A program made the translations under genes and the position numbers. From Klebsormidium nitens (lineage: Eukaryota; Plantae; Klebsormidiophyceae), in assembly GCA_000708835.1 (NCBI GenBank), contig DF237408.1:1-64000 (forward strand): DNA of 64,000 nt, in the 5' to 3' direction. The notes below the pieces were generated by a model. It ran no database searches. It worked only from the letters and a program-made list of their open reading frames with translations, and was not told where the DNA came from. The first letter of the stretch is position 1. Every line of letters starts with the position of its first letter. This document shows, piece by piece, positions 12,401 through 26,600 of the stretch.

Positions 12401-15400
12401 CAAATTTGCAGCGGGCGGCTGGTCACCAGCTGAACAGCAAGAAGGTGCACAAGGTGTTGGCGGAAGCGAAAGCCGCGGGGCTCAACATGGATGAGAAGGT
12501 GAGCCACCGTGATGCTCGACAAAACACAGCAAAATAGTAGGTGTATGTATGAGCACAGTTCTTTTAGGGACCTGGGTCCTCCACCCGTATTCCAGATGCG
12601 AAACGAGCGGCTGTTGTCCTTGCGGAGACTGATGACAATTATCCTGGTTGTTGGCGGAGGCTTCGCATCTCCGGTGCTTTCCACACGGGCTGATTGGCGA
12701 CGAACTGACCGTCGACAACCGCAGATGTACGAGAGTGCCGTCCTGGCGTTTGTTCGCTGCGGCGAGGGTGCCCCTGCGTTGCGAATGTTGGAGGAGATGA
12801 CGTCAGCTGGCTATCCGCCAGCCATGGAGGCCAGCCAGGTGCTGACCAAGGTGCGTGGCACACTTCTCAGCACGGCCCGCACTTTCCAGCGCATCAGGAA
12901 GTTGCGAGCTGCCATGCGCTTAAACTTTGTCACCTGCATCGATGAGAAATCGTACAGAAGATCCTTTCTTAATTTTACTCGACATTATGATGGTGTTGTT
13001 GGATGGACTGTCATGTAGTCTGGTCATTCTTACCCGAAGATCGACTCGGTTTGCAAGTTTTACTTTCTCGGTCTGGTCAAGTCGGGCGACTACCTCCAGA
13101 CCGATGCATGTCTGCCTTGATTTTTGCATATGTAAGTGAGCAATACGAGCGAGCACTGTGCGGCGCCCAGCTTCTTTGCTGTAACTCACTGCGCAAATTC
13201 AGGGAATCACGTTGGGCCGACGGCATGTCGCTTCACCCTTCCAATCAAGTAAGGCCCAGGCACTGACCTCGTCCCCCGCTTCACAGTGCGTTGAGAAGGC
13301 GTTGGTTCGGGAGTGCAAAGCGGCAGCCCCTGCGGGCCGGCTGCGCCAGTTCCTGAAGGATATGGCGGCGGCGGGGGTGCTCCCGACAGCGGAGACGGGG
13401 GCCTCCATTGTCAGGACGCTGGCCCTCACCAAAGGGCCCCAGGCAGCCATGGGTGAGCGCTCAGAGGACAGTGCCCGAGTTCAGAGATTCTGGCCTGCAA
13501 AGTGTTCACATGGAAGTATCTGACTACGAAGTATTACTTGCACCCTGTTCCGCTTCAACATACTTGATGATGTTTGGACCTCTCATCGAGTCAACAACTT
13601 GTTCAAACGGCTGCTTGGCCACGTGACAGGTGAGGAGTATACGGGTGAAGGCCCCTGATTCACAAAGCGTCACGAAGCGCGGCGTCGGTCCATACAAAGG
13701 GGACAATTCTTAGCTGAAACCGAATAATTTGACCTCCCTTGCAGATGTTGCGTGGGAGTTGCAGCGGGGCCACGTGAAGCCTCTTGGAGCTGCCACGTGG
13801 GAGGTTTTGCGGAGCGCCATCAAGGACGCTGTCCCGTCCTTGTACAAGCAGGTGAGCTGCTGGCTGTACGGCGTCGCTGACGTAAGCAAGTACTGCGGAC
13901 GTGGCTTTAAGGAACTAGGGATAAAGGAGACGCAAACGTAAAGCCTTCGCAAATGTTGGGTTTCCCCAGATTGACCACGGCAAGGTCGGCAGTATGGGCC
14001 AGGAAGCCATATGCGGTGTGGTTAGAAAGGAGTGAAAAGGACAACCTCCTGAGCTTATCGAGGAGTCCTGGGCAAAGAATCGCAGCTAGATGAGGATGGT
14101 TATGCGCAGAGTATGCCGTGCTGTTGCGTCAGCACACGGACCTTGTCTGGTCTGTGCTTCGAATTGCGCGCTCTGCCTATGACGGCCTTGTGCAGCTTCA
14201 ACTTGGATTCAAGAGCGGACGGCAATCTCCAAGACCTCTCTTTGTTCTGCAGGCTGCGGCTGCGGCACGCCTGCTTCCTGCTGCCTTGGAAGAAGATGGG
14301 GAGGAGGTTGACAGGTATGCACTTTTCGAGCACGGCCTTGCAAGGGTCATTGCGCAAGAAGGAGGCCCCCTTCGCGGGTCTTCAGCATGTGGTGGTGGTT
14401 CGGGGCAGTGTGTGAAACATCTGCGAAATGCGCGATATAGTTGGCACTCGACGGGCTCTGTTCTTGGCGAAGCTTCAACTTTAATATGGCCACAGGCATA
14501 AAGCGTCCATGTGCTCGAACTTCGGGTACAAGAGCAGAAGCTTTAGCTACTTTGAGGGTCCGATCAAAATCCTTCACTGCCAGAAGTCAGTCGGCAATTC
14601 GGCCACCTCTTTTTCTCGCCTTGCAGCACTGTGTACGAGACGTGCATTGCGGCCTGCGCCCGGGCTGGGGACGGCGTGTCGGCTCTTACTCTCTTCGAGG
14701 CGCTGCAGAAGCGAGGCCTGACCACCGACCTCACCATCGAGAAGGCAAGCTGCTTTCCGCTGACGCCGAGATCCTCGCTCTTGATGCTTTGTCAGCAGGT
14801 CTTCGGACTGCGGTGCTGGGAGGGTCTATGTCAGCCTGCAGAGAACACTCTGAGCTTGCAAGGGACGAATTCTGTGCCTAAGTGCAGAGACCACTCGTTT
14901 CACTTTATTATCGGCTGCTCTTGAACTGTTATCCCATGTTTTCAATCATATGCGCAAGCAAGAGGAGGGTGGAAGCCACCGCTTTTCCTGGAAGACGAGA
15001 GTCGAGGTGCGCAGACGGACGTCAGCACCAGATCTGTGAGATCCAGGGTTTGTGTAACAGCAGATGCACGTGTACTTCTGGCAGGTTTGGCTCGACACCG
15101 TTGGGGCGGCGATCCAGGGCGCCATCACGGGGGTTGCGGCCGAGAACACCACCGATAACGAAGACGAACCCGGGAAGAGCACTCAGGTAGGCCAATCTTT
15201 CGCAAGTGCTTCCATTGATAAGGAGTGCGAAAGTCGCTAAGCTCGTCGCAGGTGTCTTGAATCTTCTCCATCTGTTGCAGAGAATTGTATGGAACTTCAG
15301 AATCCAAAGGTGTCGCGGTCCTACGGCTTCCGTTCGTCTTGCATGTCCTCGGCTCGTCCTAGATTTGGGCAGTCGCCGTAGGTCGCGACTCCGGCTAGAC

Positions 15401-17140
15401 CACGTCCATTCTGTACCCTGCAGGCTGACGTCGCGTTTGGCGGGACCGAGGTCGCTCGCCAGCTGGCCGCGTCGGGGATTCGACTGACGGCCAGAAGTGT
15501 CCCCGAACTCATCTCAGCCGTGGCTGCCGCGTCGGACTCGGATGCCGAAATTGCGCGCCGGCCCCGAGAGCCGGACGGAGCGGGGGTGACCCGGGCAATG
15601 CTGCTGGTGGACGTACTGCCCAAGCTGGTGAGGCGACTCACAATCTGCTGAATGTTGAGCCTCTTCAAAATGCACAAAGTCTAATTCTTTTATTAGAATA
15701 AGGCGCTGAAAGTTAAAACGAAAGTCGCCGACAGGGTCCAAGCCTTACGTGGCGGCAAGGCGGGGGATCAATCTCGTTTGTCTTAGCTGTTCTGGAGTTC
15801 AAAGTCAAGGTTCCAAGCTGCGAAGGCTCACCGTGTGCTTTGGGTGCACTCTAAAGAAATGCCGTGCGATCCGTATATTGACTCGCTTTGTGTGCTCGTG
15901 CAGTTCGACTTGCCACCAAGTGCTAGTGCGTACAGCGCACTGATGAAGGCATGTTGGGACCAGAAACAGGTGAGGATGTGAGCTCCTTATTAGGCGCACC
16001 TAGCTCACCGTCGCTCAAGAAGTCGTGTGGTCGTCATTGCGCTGAAAGGTCCGTTGTGAAGGCTTGCAGAGGAGACGCGTACGGCCAGAGTCCACTGGCA
16101 GCGTCTGCTGGTTGTCCTGGTTTACCATTTCCAAGCTGGGTGTAGGTGGATTCAACACCTCGTAACACCGTGCTCCTGTTTGGAAACGGACTATATGGCT
16201 GGACAGCTGCACGCGACGCAGGAGCGTTAACTTCACAAGCTTTGCGACTTGGCCAGCAAGCGGTCACTGCGGCAACCTATGACGGGCTTCGAAAGATTGG
16301 GTGGTTCCTTCTTGGAGTCCCTCCGTGTCTGCGTGCCTCTGTGGAGGAACGCAGCAAGCTGATGCCCCGTTTTGTGCCTTCTGGTCAGTTCTTGCGGGTT
16401 GAGGAGGTATGGCAGCGGATGCGGGTGGCCCAGGTGGTCCCAGACCTTGCCACGTGGCAGCTCCGCATCAAGGCCTTGGCGCGCGAGCGGCTCATCGCAG
16501 GACGCGTCAGTGCACTGCTGGCGAGCATGCAGAAGGACGGAGTGGCCCCAGACGAAGGGACGCTCAGGTACTCCGCAAAGAACATTGACAGGTCTTGGCC
16601 TAAACGTAGTCAATTCAGCCTAGACAGCCTATGGGAAGCTGTGAAGCTGCGACTTGAGCTTGCTCTTCACGGCTCTTTGTGCTTTCACTTCTTCCAGGCA
16701 CGTTGAGTATCTTTACGTAATCGCTTGTGTCAGGATGCTGTTTCCATGAAAGACACTGACTGGTCGTGTCTGCTCGTTACAGGACCATGTTGCAAGCCTG
16801 CCGGGTCTCGGGTGACCTCCCTGGTGTCCGTTACATGATGAGCGTCATTCACTCCTTTGAGCGTCAGGAGGCCAGCCGTAGCAGCGGCACGGCCTCCTCG
16901 GAAGAACAACAGCCACGCAGCACTGGGGAGCTGCCCACGATCAAAGCCCGGCGTGTTGTCACTAGGCGGAGCACGCTGCGGAATCCGGAGCCCCCGCTAG
17001 ACCCCCTGAAAGAGAGGGACAGACGAAGGAAGCGGTTTACATCGAAAACGTCGGCTGCTGTGCCATCACAAGCTGAGGGCGAAGGCTGGCCCAAATTAGC
17101 TGTTGTGGGCTCGCCTGTCACAGACCCATCTTGTTCATAA
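9453..17140 (+). CDS. P-class pentatricopeptide repeat (PPR) protein, ~17 exons, probably organelle-targeted
   Basis: Spliced PPR motifs: VIKDESIEVDVVLYNALLE, MEKSGIRPNDRTY, LKRQGLRPDWWTFNTLIKMHALQGDKDGAFRAFEAMQAEGIRPDRVTYNTLLETCVQARRFDSALSLY, VYETCIAACARAGDGVSALTLFEALQKRG, MQKDGVAPDEGT. Last exon ~16784-17140 ends in TAA. The start codon is uncertain. Confidence 0.9.
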
Positions 17141-17980
17141 CGGAAATGTCGAGGGGTGTATAGTAGTCATTCTGATGTTCGTATCTGACTTGTTCTTTAG
17201 AAAATTATTCTCTTGCGATCTTGGGGACCGCAGTAGTGAGAATGCTGCCGGCTCTGCCCTACTTATTCTGACGTTCGTGTTACCACATTTGTCAGATGTG
17301 GTGAAAACCGTCGTTCTCACCGGGGGGGCACCAAGTACATGTGATACTAATATGACTTGAATTGAACGCTGATGTGTCGATAGCGCGCTGCCATATCGTC
17401 TGTACATGCGGCGGCCCTCATAATATTGACCAATGGAATTTCGAACCGACCACTGGAAGCTTAAATACATGTGCGCTGCGGTGAACGTACTCAGCCATAC
17501 ATGCGGTAGTTGGAGGCGAATCGAGGTGTGTACGACATGTATGCATCGCACATATGTTCATTTGTAAATTGAGATCATGTCTCGCTTGACCCAGTACCGT
17601 GAAGGAGCTTGCAATCACACTCTGACAGGGTGCCCTTTTGAGCCGGGGTTACCGGGGTCATGTGCATATGCACCATTTCGACATTCTTAGTTTGACAAAA
17701 GCTGCATTCATTCGCTGTGCAAGGAGACGCCTAGCTTGTACAGCAAAATGCAACTTATGACTGCGGATTGCAGCACCTAGGTCCAACACGCAACTCAAAA
17801 ATACACGCGCCTCGTAGCTGCAACGAAGCACCTATAGTACATGTCTCATCTTAACAACCCGTACAAGTTGCCTAAGTTCTGGGTTCCTACAGATAGAAAG
17901 AATATCACAGAGCTGAATCGAGCAGATTTCAAGTAACAAATTCACAATGTAGACAACTCCACCGACCCTCAAGATGGTAC

Positions 17981-19886
17981 TCAGCTTTTCTTTTTCTGTT
18001 TGGGGTTAGGCTTAATGAGCTGCCGAAGCCCATCTGCCGGGGAGATATCCCAGCTCTCAACGTGCCTGCAATACAAGAAAGTTGGCTGCGTAAATGCGTG
18101 CGCTCATGCATGTCATAATTTATAGAGTATTGTGCGCCCAACAAGCGAGCATGAGACCCTGTTAGAAGCCCATATTGCACACACAACAGCTTGGCGGTCA
18201 GTTCGCTTGTAATTTGGCACTTACTTGACTATTTTCTTGCTTGTTGGGTCGAAGTAGTGCTCTGTTCCCCCGGAAGCTGCAAATAAACTTTCTGTTTGAG
18301 CTGAAGGTTTCCGCTTCCAATCTGGGAGGTGCAAGCGCACAAAGTACATTGGTAAGACTCAGTAAGGGGATGCCTTGAAAGGAGACCACCGGCAGCCATG
18401 TTCAACTTCACTCTTTAATGCACCCTTACATCAGCAGAACGTGGACATTGACATTGAACCCGGGCATAAGGTATCACTTGATCGTGCTGGCATACTTGAT
18501 ACATTACGTCTCAAACAGACAGTGGAGCCCAAGAAACAAGCCATCGCTTCACGGAGCGCATCGCTTGGCAGAATGAGGTTTCCAACCTGCAAGGATTGGC
18601 CGCCAGGGAAGGCCCAACACACATCTGAACCGCCACTTGGCTGCGATCTTATTCTGCAAAGAACAGCAGGTAGGGCGTCAGCATAGCTTCGATGGAGTTT
18701 TGAAAGTAAAGAGGACCCCTGTAGAGAAGGCTAGCGGGCGAATCACTGCAGGACTCCAGATTTTGTGGGGGGCAGATGCTTTCGGATGCTGTCATATGCT
18801 GGAGCCCAATAAACTTTTTCTTGATATTGATGTCGGCGGGCTTGCCTAAACCATGTTTTCCTGATAGATGTGTCCCAATTCGAAATATCTTTGCGGATGG
18901 GGTTAGACCTCGGACGTTAACGTTGGTGGAGGCAATACGCAACAGACCTTTTCACGCAATCGAGCTCTCACCTCAGACTCCTGCCAATCAGTGATGGTCA
19001 GGTTGACCTCCTGCAAGGAAGAGGGACATGTCAGAGTGGCAGCTGGGAAGCACGATAAAGCAGTACAATGCATGATTGCGGATGTCCGGTATTGTCAAGC
19101 GATCACATGAAGGGGAGAGGCCGTACCTCCATGAAGCTGCCAAGGTTGCTGACATTTCGCTTGAAGCGATAGAGCCCTCTAAAGCTGGCAAACGGGTCCG
19201 CAAACTCGCAGTCCTTGTCGTAGATCCGGGTTGTCATGTCGCCTGTGACAATGGCGATCAGCGGTTGATCCGTCAGACATCTGGCAAGACTATGTTAAGA
19301 ACTTATAATTGACGACGACGCACATCTCATTGAACACTTCATTACTCTTTTGTGCACTTCACAAGCATCATGTGAATGTCAGGGCAAGCTGCAAAGGGCA
19401 CCTGTGATGCAAAGTTCACATGGTCACCAGACAAGCAAAGCTGACACAGCTGACCCAATTGACTTTGCCCCGCTGACCTGTGACAAAGTACGATTTGTCA
19501 TAATCAGCCCGCAGCAGGGCCACAACCTCCTCATGGGACAAGGGCAGCACCGCCTCATCGATCTCATCTTCCTCCTCCTTGTCCTTCTTGGGACGAAATG
19601 CCGCCACGGCCTGCCCAAACGCCTCTGAGGCATACCACGCAGCCTTCACAGGAAGAGACGACTCTGCTGTTGGCGCAGTCTTTTCCGGTGCCGCTTTACA
19701 TTGGACTCTTAAATGCTGCCCATACTGAATTGATGAGCGGTGGTGCGCTGTCTTCAGGCTGTGAATTGGGGCACCGCTTAATGAAGCGTGAGTCGAGGAC
19801 AGAGAGTCAACAAGCTGATTCTGAGGGCACAAAGGATGGCGCAAGAGGGAGGGAGTGCTCGTCACGGGAGCGAATGAGCACGCCAT
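17981..19886 (-). CDS. DUF2358 (SnoaL/NTF2-like) protein with a transit-peptide-like N-terminus, ~6 exons
   Basis: Spliced product: ...LLRADYDKSYFVTG|DMTTRIYDKDCEFADPFASFRGLYRFKRNVSNLGSFME|EVNLTITDWQESE|NKIAAKWRFRCVLGLPWRPILA|ASGGTEHYFDPTSKKIVK|HVESWDISPADGLRQLIKP...*. The YFVTG, FADP, LPWRP and HVESW motifs match the plant DUF2358 pattern as I recall it. Confidence 0.85.
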
Positions 19887-20530
19887 CGTGCTTTGGACGC
19901 CAGCTCAATGTGCTGATCGATCGATCGACTGTCCAGAACATACGTTGAAATCTGGGCTGGTCCGGTTATCCCGGCGGTTAATCTAGCACAGGCCACACTC
20001 GTCAGCACTCAGGCCGCCCGAGTAGGTATGTTCTCTACTTAGTATACTGTATGACTCCGTCACTCCGAGCTCCGGCCGCGCCCGCTGGTCAAGCAAACCT
20101 CGGCCACGTTAACCCGGCTATCATGTGGAAGACGACAATGTTGAGGGAGCCCCTAAAAATCTCTACGAAAGAAAACCATAAACCGCACATTCCCACTGCC
20201 AAGGACGCACAAATCCGGAAGTGAAGGGGGTCTGCAGGGTCTTTGGTTGCAGATTCTCCTTCTGGCGTCACCCATTGAGCATGTATTTGCGTCTAAATGT
20301 GCCCAGCCTGACGAATGTGAAGGGCGTTTGGGATCTAGGCAAACGATGAGCTGCAGGTGAAAGGAGGGTGAAAGAGCTAGACGTCAGCTCGTGCACCGGC
20401 AGTGCGCAAGCCAGCACACTCACTGCAGAACTGTTCTGCTTCTTGAAGGGCCCTCACCGCAATTGCCCATCACATCAATGAGTTGCAAGCGCAATTGATT
20501 GAGGCGTCGTTAAACTTGTTGATTGAAATC
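19887..20530. promoter_or_regulatory. Putative bidirectional promoter between DUF2358 and DUF819
   Basis: About 645 bp between divergent start codons of two genes with transit-peptide-like N-termini. Positional inference only. Confidence 0.35.
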
Positions 20531-23500
20531 ATGAGCACGTCAAGGCTTGTTGGAGTGCACCACAAAACTGCATGCATCACTTTCCCGCAGACTCAGGATG
20601 CTGCCACTCAGAAGAGGAGGAAACTGAGCGTCGCAGCATTGCAGGGGCAAGCAGTGGGGAACCAGATACTCTCAAAGTATGGCAATCACAACTTGTATGT
20701 AAGGAGCATCAGACCCTCCTTCCTGCCTCTGAGGCCTCAGCATCGAACACGCTCGCATACAGCGCCCCCCTGTGTTGCCGCGGTGTCCAGCCCCGCTACC
20801 GCGGCTGCCCCTCTGGCCAGTGTCGCTGTCTCGTTGAGAACGCAGCTACAGCAGTGGCAGGCGAGCCCCTTGGTGGGAAACTCAGAATGGGCCGTCTGGG
20901 CCTTCTTGTTGGCGGCAGGGGCAGCAGGACTCTGGTGAGCTTTCTTTTCTTCCTGGAACTTCATGCCAAGGACACAAGCTCCCCGCGCACCACCTCGCAA
21001 GTTGTCCCACCGATGCCCTTGCCAACCTGCAAAGTTTCATGACTTGCTCAAAGTAAACACCTTCGCCAAGTTCAGAGACAAGTTGATCTGCTTGTCAACA
21101 AAAGCCCCCTGTACAGCGGCGGTTTGAGTCGTGGACCACTGTCCCAATATATCCCTTGATTTCATCTTGTTGATCACATGTCTGCCCCGAAAAATTGCGT
21201 AGGTCTGAGAAGACGACTTTGGGCCAGGCTCTGAGCGGTCCGCTGGTGAGCACGCTGATTGGCCTGGCCCTCAGCAACCTGGGCGTCCTCCCCGCGGCCG
21301 CCCCCGCCTACGCTGTGGTCAACAAGTTCCTGCTGCCCCTCGCTGTGCCCCTCCTCCTGTTCAGTGCTGACATCAAGCGGGTGTTTAGCGAGACAGGGCG
21401 CCTCTGGCTGGCCTTCCTCCTGGGAGCCGGTGAGAGCCGCCAACCATGGGGACAGCCCCTCCCTCTGCCTGACACGCTCGCATAGCAGAACCAACTTTGA
21501 TGAAGCGAGTCTTGCATATCAATGGCAATTGTGGTAAATTGTTCAGGAAGAAGTTTGCAGGCCATCCGCATACCAGCGCGCATGCCGATAGCAGCAAGGA
21601 TCGGTGCTACACAAGCTCAAGGTCCAATCGATCCCAAAATGTGGATCAACGTCAAGTTTACTCTGCTGCAGTACCAATTTTGGCTCGCTTTTACCAAGTC
21701 TTCAGGTTATCGATTGGCATAGATGCTGGAGGCCCAAACGGTCCCCTCGATTCATACTGAGTCTACCTGTCCGCATGCTTTGCAAGGTTAGCGGCGACTG
21801 TGGCGGGGTCGTTCGCCGCGCTTTCCCTGTTTCCTCTTCGTTCCCTGGGGGAGGATGGCTGGAAGATGGCAGCTGCGCTGATGAGCAGGCACATCGGAGG
21901 GGGTGAGTCCTCCAAGTTTGGTTGGGCAGAACGTTGGGAAACAAACGGATGGGACAGTATTTGCATCTCATGATGACAGATCTACCACTACATTTTGAAA
22001 CTGGACGCATAAAACACATTGAAAAAACAGCAGCTTCATCAAGTGAAAATTGGGCCAGGTATTGATGTCAGATCTTGGCAAAGGTGCGGCAATAGAGACT
22101 CCTCAACTTCCAAACCACCCGGAGTACCAGCGAGATGTACATTCTGATAATCTGAACGATCGAACACCGACAATAGAGACTACATTGCTGCGTCTCTTGA
22201 AACCCTCCTGGTTGTCGTCATTCCGCCTCCCTTAAGCCCCATGTATCCATCTCGCAGCGGTGAACTACGTGGCTGTGTCAGAGGCCCTCCAGACGTCCTC
22301 CTCCATGGTCGCCGCTGGGCTGGCAGCCGACAACCTCATCTGCGCCCTCTACTTCACCCTCGTATTCGCCCTGGCCGCCGGCATTCCCCCCGACCAACCA
22401 AGCGCCGCCACGTCATCACCTATCACATCTGCCGCTCTCCCTCCAGAAGAAGGAAAGAGCACATTTACAGTTCTGGAGGGCTCAACCGCTCTAGCACTAT
22501 CGGCTGCAATCTGCGCCGTTGGGAGCCGGCTGTCCAAGTTGCCTGCGTTGCGCGTATTGGGCGGGGGGATCCCCTGCATGACGGCAGTGGTGGTTGCGCT
22601 GGCCACGCTGCTGCCAAAGCAAGTCGGGGCGCTGGCGCCGGCGGGAGAAGCCCTTGCCGTGATTCTTATGCAGGTGAGGCACTGCCTGCCGTGGCAGGCT
22701 CTCGATCATGAATATGAACGGGACTGAGCTGCTGATGACCGCCCTCTGTTCCCAGCTCTGAACCCTTGACCCGGAGCCGACCTCGAGCTTCTACTTCAGA
22801 AAAGCATTGCACCCTTGGGACCCACTGTGCACTGGAGTCGCCTTCCGGCCTCTCGTTTCAAATTGAGACGAGCATGGAAGTCGATCAATCATTACGGACA
22901 AGGAAGGAAGTCCGATTACTAGACGAAAAAGCTACGAAGTCGGACCACCCGTTTCTTCGAAGTTCCGTGTGTTGCGTGCTCTTGCATGTACCGAACAAAA
23001 GCCGCCAAGGGACACTTGTCGTTGCGCGTGATCCCCCATGACGTATCCCTACGTGTCTTTCAAACAGGCAAACTCTGTTTCACGCCCCTTTTCTTGGTGC
23101 TCCTCCAGGTGTTCTTTGCCACGGTGGGCGCCAGCGGCAGCGTGGCGTACGTCGTGACCACCGCCCCCTCGCTGTTCGCCTTCTCCGCGCTGCAAATCAC
23201 GGTCCACCTGGCACTGACCCTCGTAAGCGGGCGCCCCTTTTGACGCTGCTCACGCGCCCTTATACTGCGGCTTGAGGCTCAGTTTCATTGACGCTTTCGC
23301 TTGATGTCAACGGCTAAGGTCGACCGGGCCACTGGCAATTAGAGGAGTCCGCCGGGTCGAATGGTGGAGTCCCATGCTATCCTCCAACTCTTTGCAGCCA
23401 AGGGCCGTTTGATTTGACGAGCCCCTGAGTAATTTGCCCTGCTATTCTCGTATTTGGTCCAGGGCTTCGGCAAGCTCCTCGGGTTCAGCCGGCGCGACCT

Positions 23501-23672
23501 GCTGCTGGCGTCCAATGCGAACGTGGGCGGTCCGTCCACTGCCGCGGGCATGGCCACCGCCAAGGGCTGGCGCGCGTCGCTGGTGCCGGCCATCCTGGTG
23601 GGCATCTTCGGATACGCGACCGCCACCTTCTTGTCCATCTACGTGGGCCACACATTCTTCCGACGATTCTAA
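20531..23672 (+). CDS. DUF819 family multi-pass membrane protein, probably plastid, ~6 exons
   Basis: Exons give SGPLVSTLIGLALSNLG...FLLPLAVPLLLFSADIKRV, GEDGWKMAAALMSRHIGG|AVNYVAVSEAL...AAGLAADNLICALYF, FFATVGASG and LLLASNANVGGPSTAAGMATAKGW, all characteristic of DUF819. Stop TAA at 23670-23672. Confidence 0.9.
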
Positions 23673-26600
23673 ATTTCCCTCCTGCCGAGCGGCCAGTGGA
23701 AGCATTTACATTCAACGTTTCCAGAATCTCAAGATTAGGAGGATGGCAAGGCACGAGAAATAACGTCTCACTAGGGGTATCGAAGCAGGGAACTTGGTTT
23801 CGAGTTGGGACGCTGGCACAGGTGATTGAAGAACATGATGTATAAACTGTTGCGAAGTTGCTTGAGGCTCCGGGGTGTGCAGCAGTCGACATTTCTTTGA
23901 AATGAGACGGTTGAGAACGATCGCTGACGGGCCACCCATAGACATATATGCACTGACAAGTAGACAACATTATGCTCGTGCACGAGTTGGGAGAGAGAAT
24001 GGAGAGGGGCCAGGGCCAAGAAGGCGAAAGGCTTCGAATGAATTCCTACTGCCAGGGTAGTTTTCCCACGTCAGTAAAAAATCATGCAAGCGGACCCGGC
24101 AAGCATGCGGAATAATAGATCCATCTCTTTATCGCGAAGTCGGACCATGCGCATGTATGAGTTACAAAGTTGTCGTTAGCAAGCAGCGCATGTACGCTGA
24201 TTCGACGCGCTGTGACAGGCCGCGGATTGTGTGAACACACGGCTGTTTACCGGTGTGATCCAATCATGTTTGATCGATTGAAAGCTGAAAAGGTAAGTGC
24301 TTCATACCCCTCAGTTGATTCCAATTTGCGTGCGGGGCGCGCATGCATGCACTCAGGATGCACTATGTCCCATGATTACTACCAGGCTTCGCCGAACTTG
24401 CATGGTATATGTTTCATTGTTGAGGTTCTCCCAATGATATGGGCCAGCCGACCAACATCAATCATTTGATTATAATCCGGGGAATTTCTTGTATCAGCAC
24501 CCGATTCGCCGGGGCGGGGACAAAGGCCGGCCTACACCGTATATAGCTCTCAATCGTTACGTCGGATGGGGCATGCAGGCGCTACTTGAGCAAGGCTTAC
24601 CCGTAATTGATTTGGCCTCGATCAATGGGGACGTTGCTTCTCCACGTATTCACTGAGAAAGACGAAGTATCCTCGAATGACAAAAAATGTGGCGTTCTGA
24701 CGATTCTGACTAACAAACCCGACTAATTCGTCGCTTTCTTGAAGCTCTGAAAGCAATGGAACGCCAGCCAATGCTGCGCTCCATGCGTGCTTTACGAAAC
24801 AAGTTTGAGATTCTGGGCAATTATCTGCTGCTGGTCGCCAAGAACATTTTCTGAACCTCATGGTTCGTCACGCCAAGTGGCCGGTTTGTAGCATTCACAG
24901 TAAGCATGCAAGCCAAGAATTTTAGGTATAACATCAGGACCGACTTCCTCATAACATGCTGTGATCTTGAATCGTTCTTAAATGATCAAAATACAATGCG
25001 TTCGATCGAGGACCATCCGAAATTCACGACACACTGTGCTCGCTGGACAGGATAGCGTTGCGAATAAGAAGGGATGTCAAGTATGTCAATTGCGAAGCTG
25101 ATGGGGTCTAGTAAAAGAGTTAAAAGTAGCGGAGCCGCAAATTCGGATGATGAGCTAAGAAGTCACAGAACGGCGGCCCGCTTTACAAGCTACTTGAGTG
25201 GTAAAGACAAGGACATCGGATCGCGGAGCGCTTGCGAAGTTCGTTCGTTGCAGAGGATGGATTCATAAATTGCGGTCGAGGCGGATTCAAATGCAGACGA
25301 TTTAGAATCAGGTGGCAGGATTTGCAGCTTTTGGTCTATGATCATGAAACCCGTTCACATTGTAGCAGTTGTGCAAACGCTTTCAACGCTTCGCTGGAGT
25401 TCACGGGGATCATACACCGTCTATTCTGGCGTTACTGGCAACTGCAGAACATGGTGTGCATATTGCGCAAGCCGACGAAAACAAGCAGAGCATTCGGCCC
25501 ACGAAAGGTGGAATGAACACTTGGCCAAACGGATCAGCCTCTTCTCGGATGTGGTGGATTGATGTCACGCAGTGCTGCATCGGTTGAACGACTGGAGCTG
25601 ACGGAGCAAGCGTTCCCTGTAATCTGCGTACACTGGTTCACATCCATGCGTACATGCACTTGAACGATAAAGCTTGACGAACAAACCGCCATGCAATCAA
25701 CGGAATGATATGTCGTTCCGTTCGACCCATTGGGTGCATGGTGGATCAGGAGTATATAAAAGCAGCTATCTTGGGTGTTGTGCATATCTACAGTGGTATA
25801 CAATGCCTACGGCTGTAATGAGTTATGGCCAACATTACAGGTGAACATTCTGCGACGATGACAACGTCATCACGAAATCTTTAATGACTAGCCTTCATGT
25901 TTTTTCCAACCTAAAAAGACTGATTCGTGACTCAACCACTAGCAAAGCTTGTAGCAAAGCAGCAAAATGACTCAAGGCTTGCTGTAGAGCATACACGCGT
26001 CACATCAATGTCAAGACTGAGAACACCAGAGTCGTCATTATGGCAATGGCGCTGTGGCGCTGCAGCTAGTACTGAGCACTGACGAACTGCGCAGCTCAGT
26101 AGGCCAGCCCGGCCGGCGGCCGGTAGGAATTTAGACTCCCGAAAGCCTTAGTGGCCCGATCGGGGAAAACACAGGTCCCAATGATTGTCCTTGCAATTGT
26201 GTACAGGAGTCGGAAGTCGGAATGTAGCAATGTAGCGACTGCCGTCGATCTGGCGCTCAGGTTTCAATCGCAGGGTTCTGCTCCGTTGACGGGTGTCGTG
26301 CCTGCCACAAGGTGACGTACCCCAGCCCTCTCACACGACGGGCCAAGTCCCGACATAAAGCCGTACGGGAGGGGACGTTCCGGCACGTACCCGCCAATCT
26401 TGGTGACGAAACCGACGGTTCTGGACTGTTGCGTCAGCATTTCTGCGCTTTTTGCACGAAAAGCTTCCCGGCCGCCCACGCTTTGTAGGGTGCGATGACG
26501 TAACCCAACTTACGTAAACCAGCCCTCTCCAGCTCAGCTGCGGCTTTGCTGCCCTTGGGCCCAGGGCCTATCATGGCGCATTGCGGCTGAAGTACAGCTA

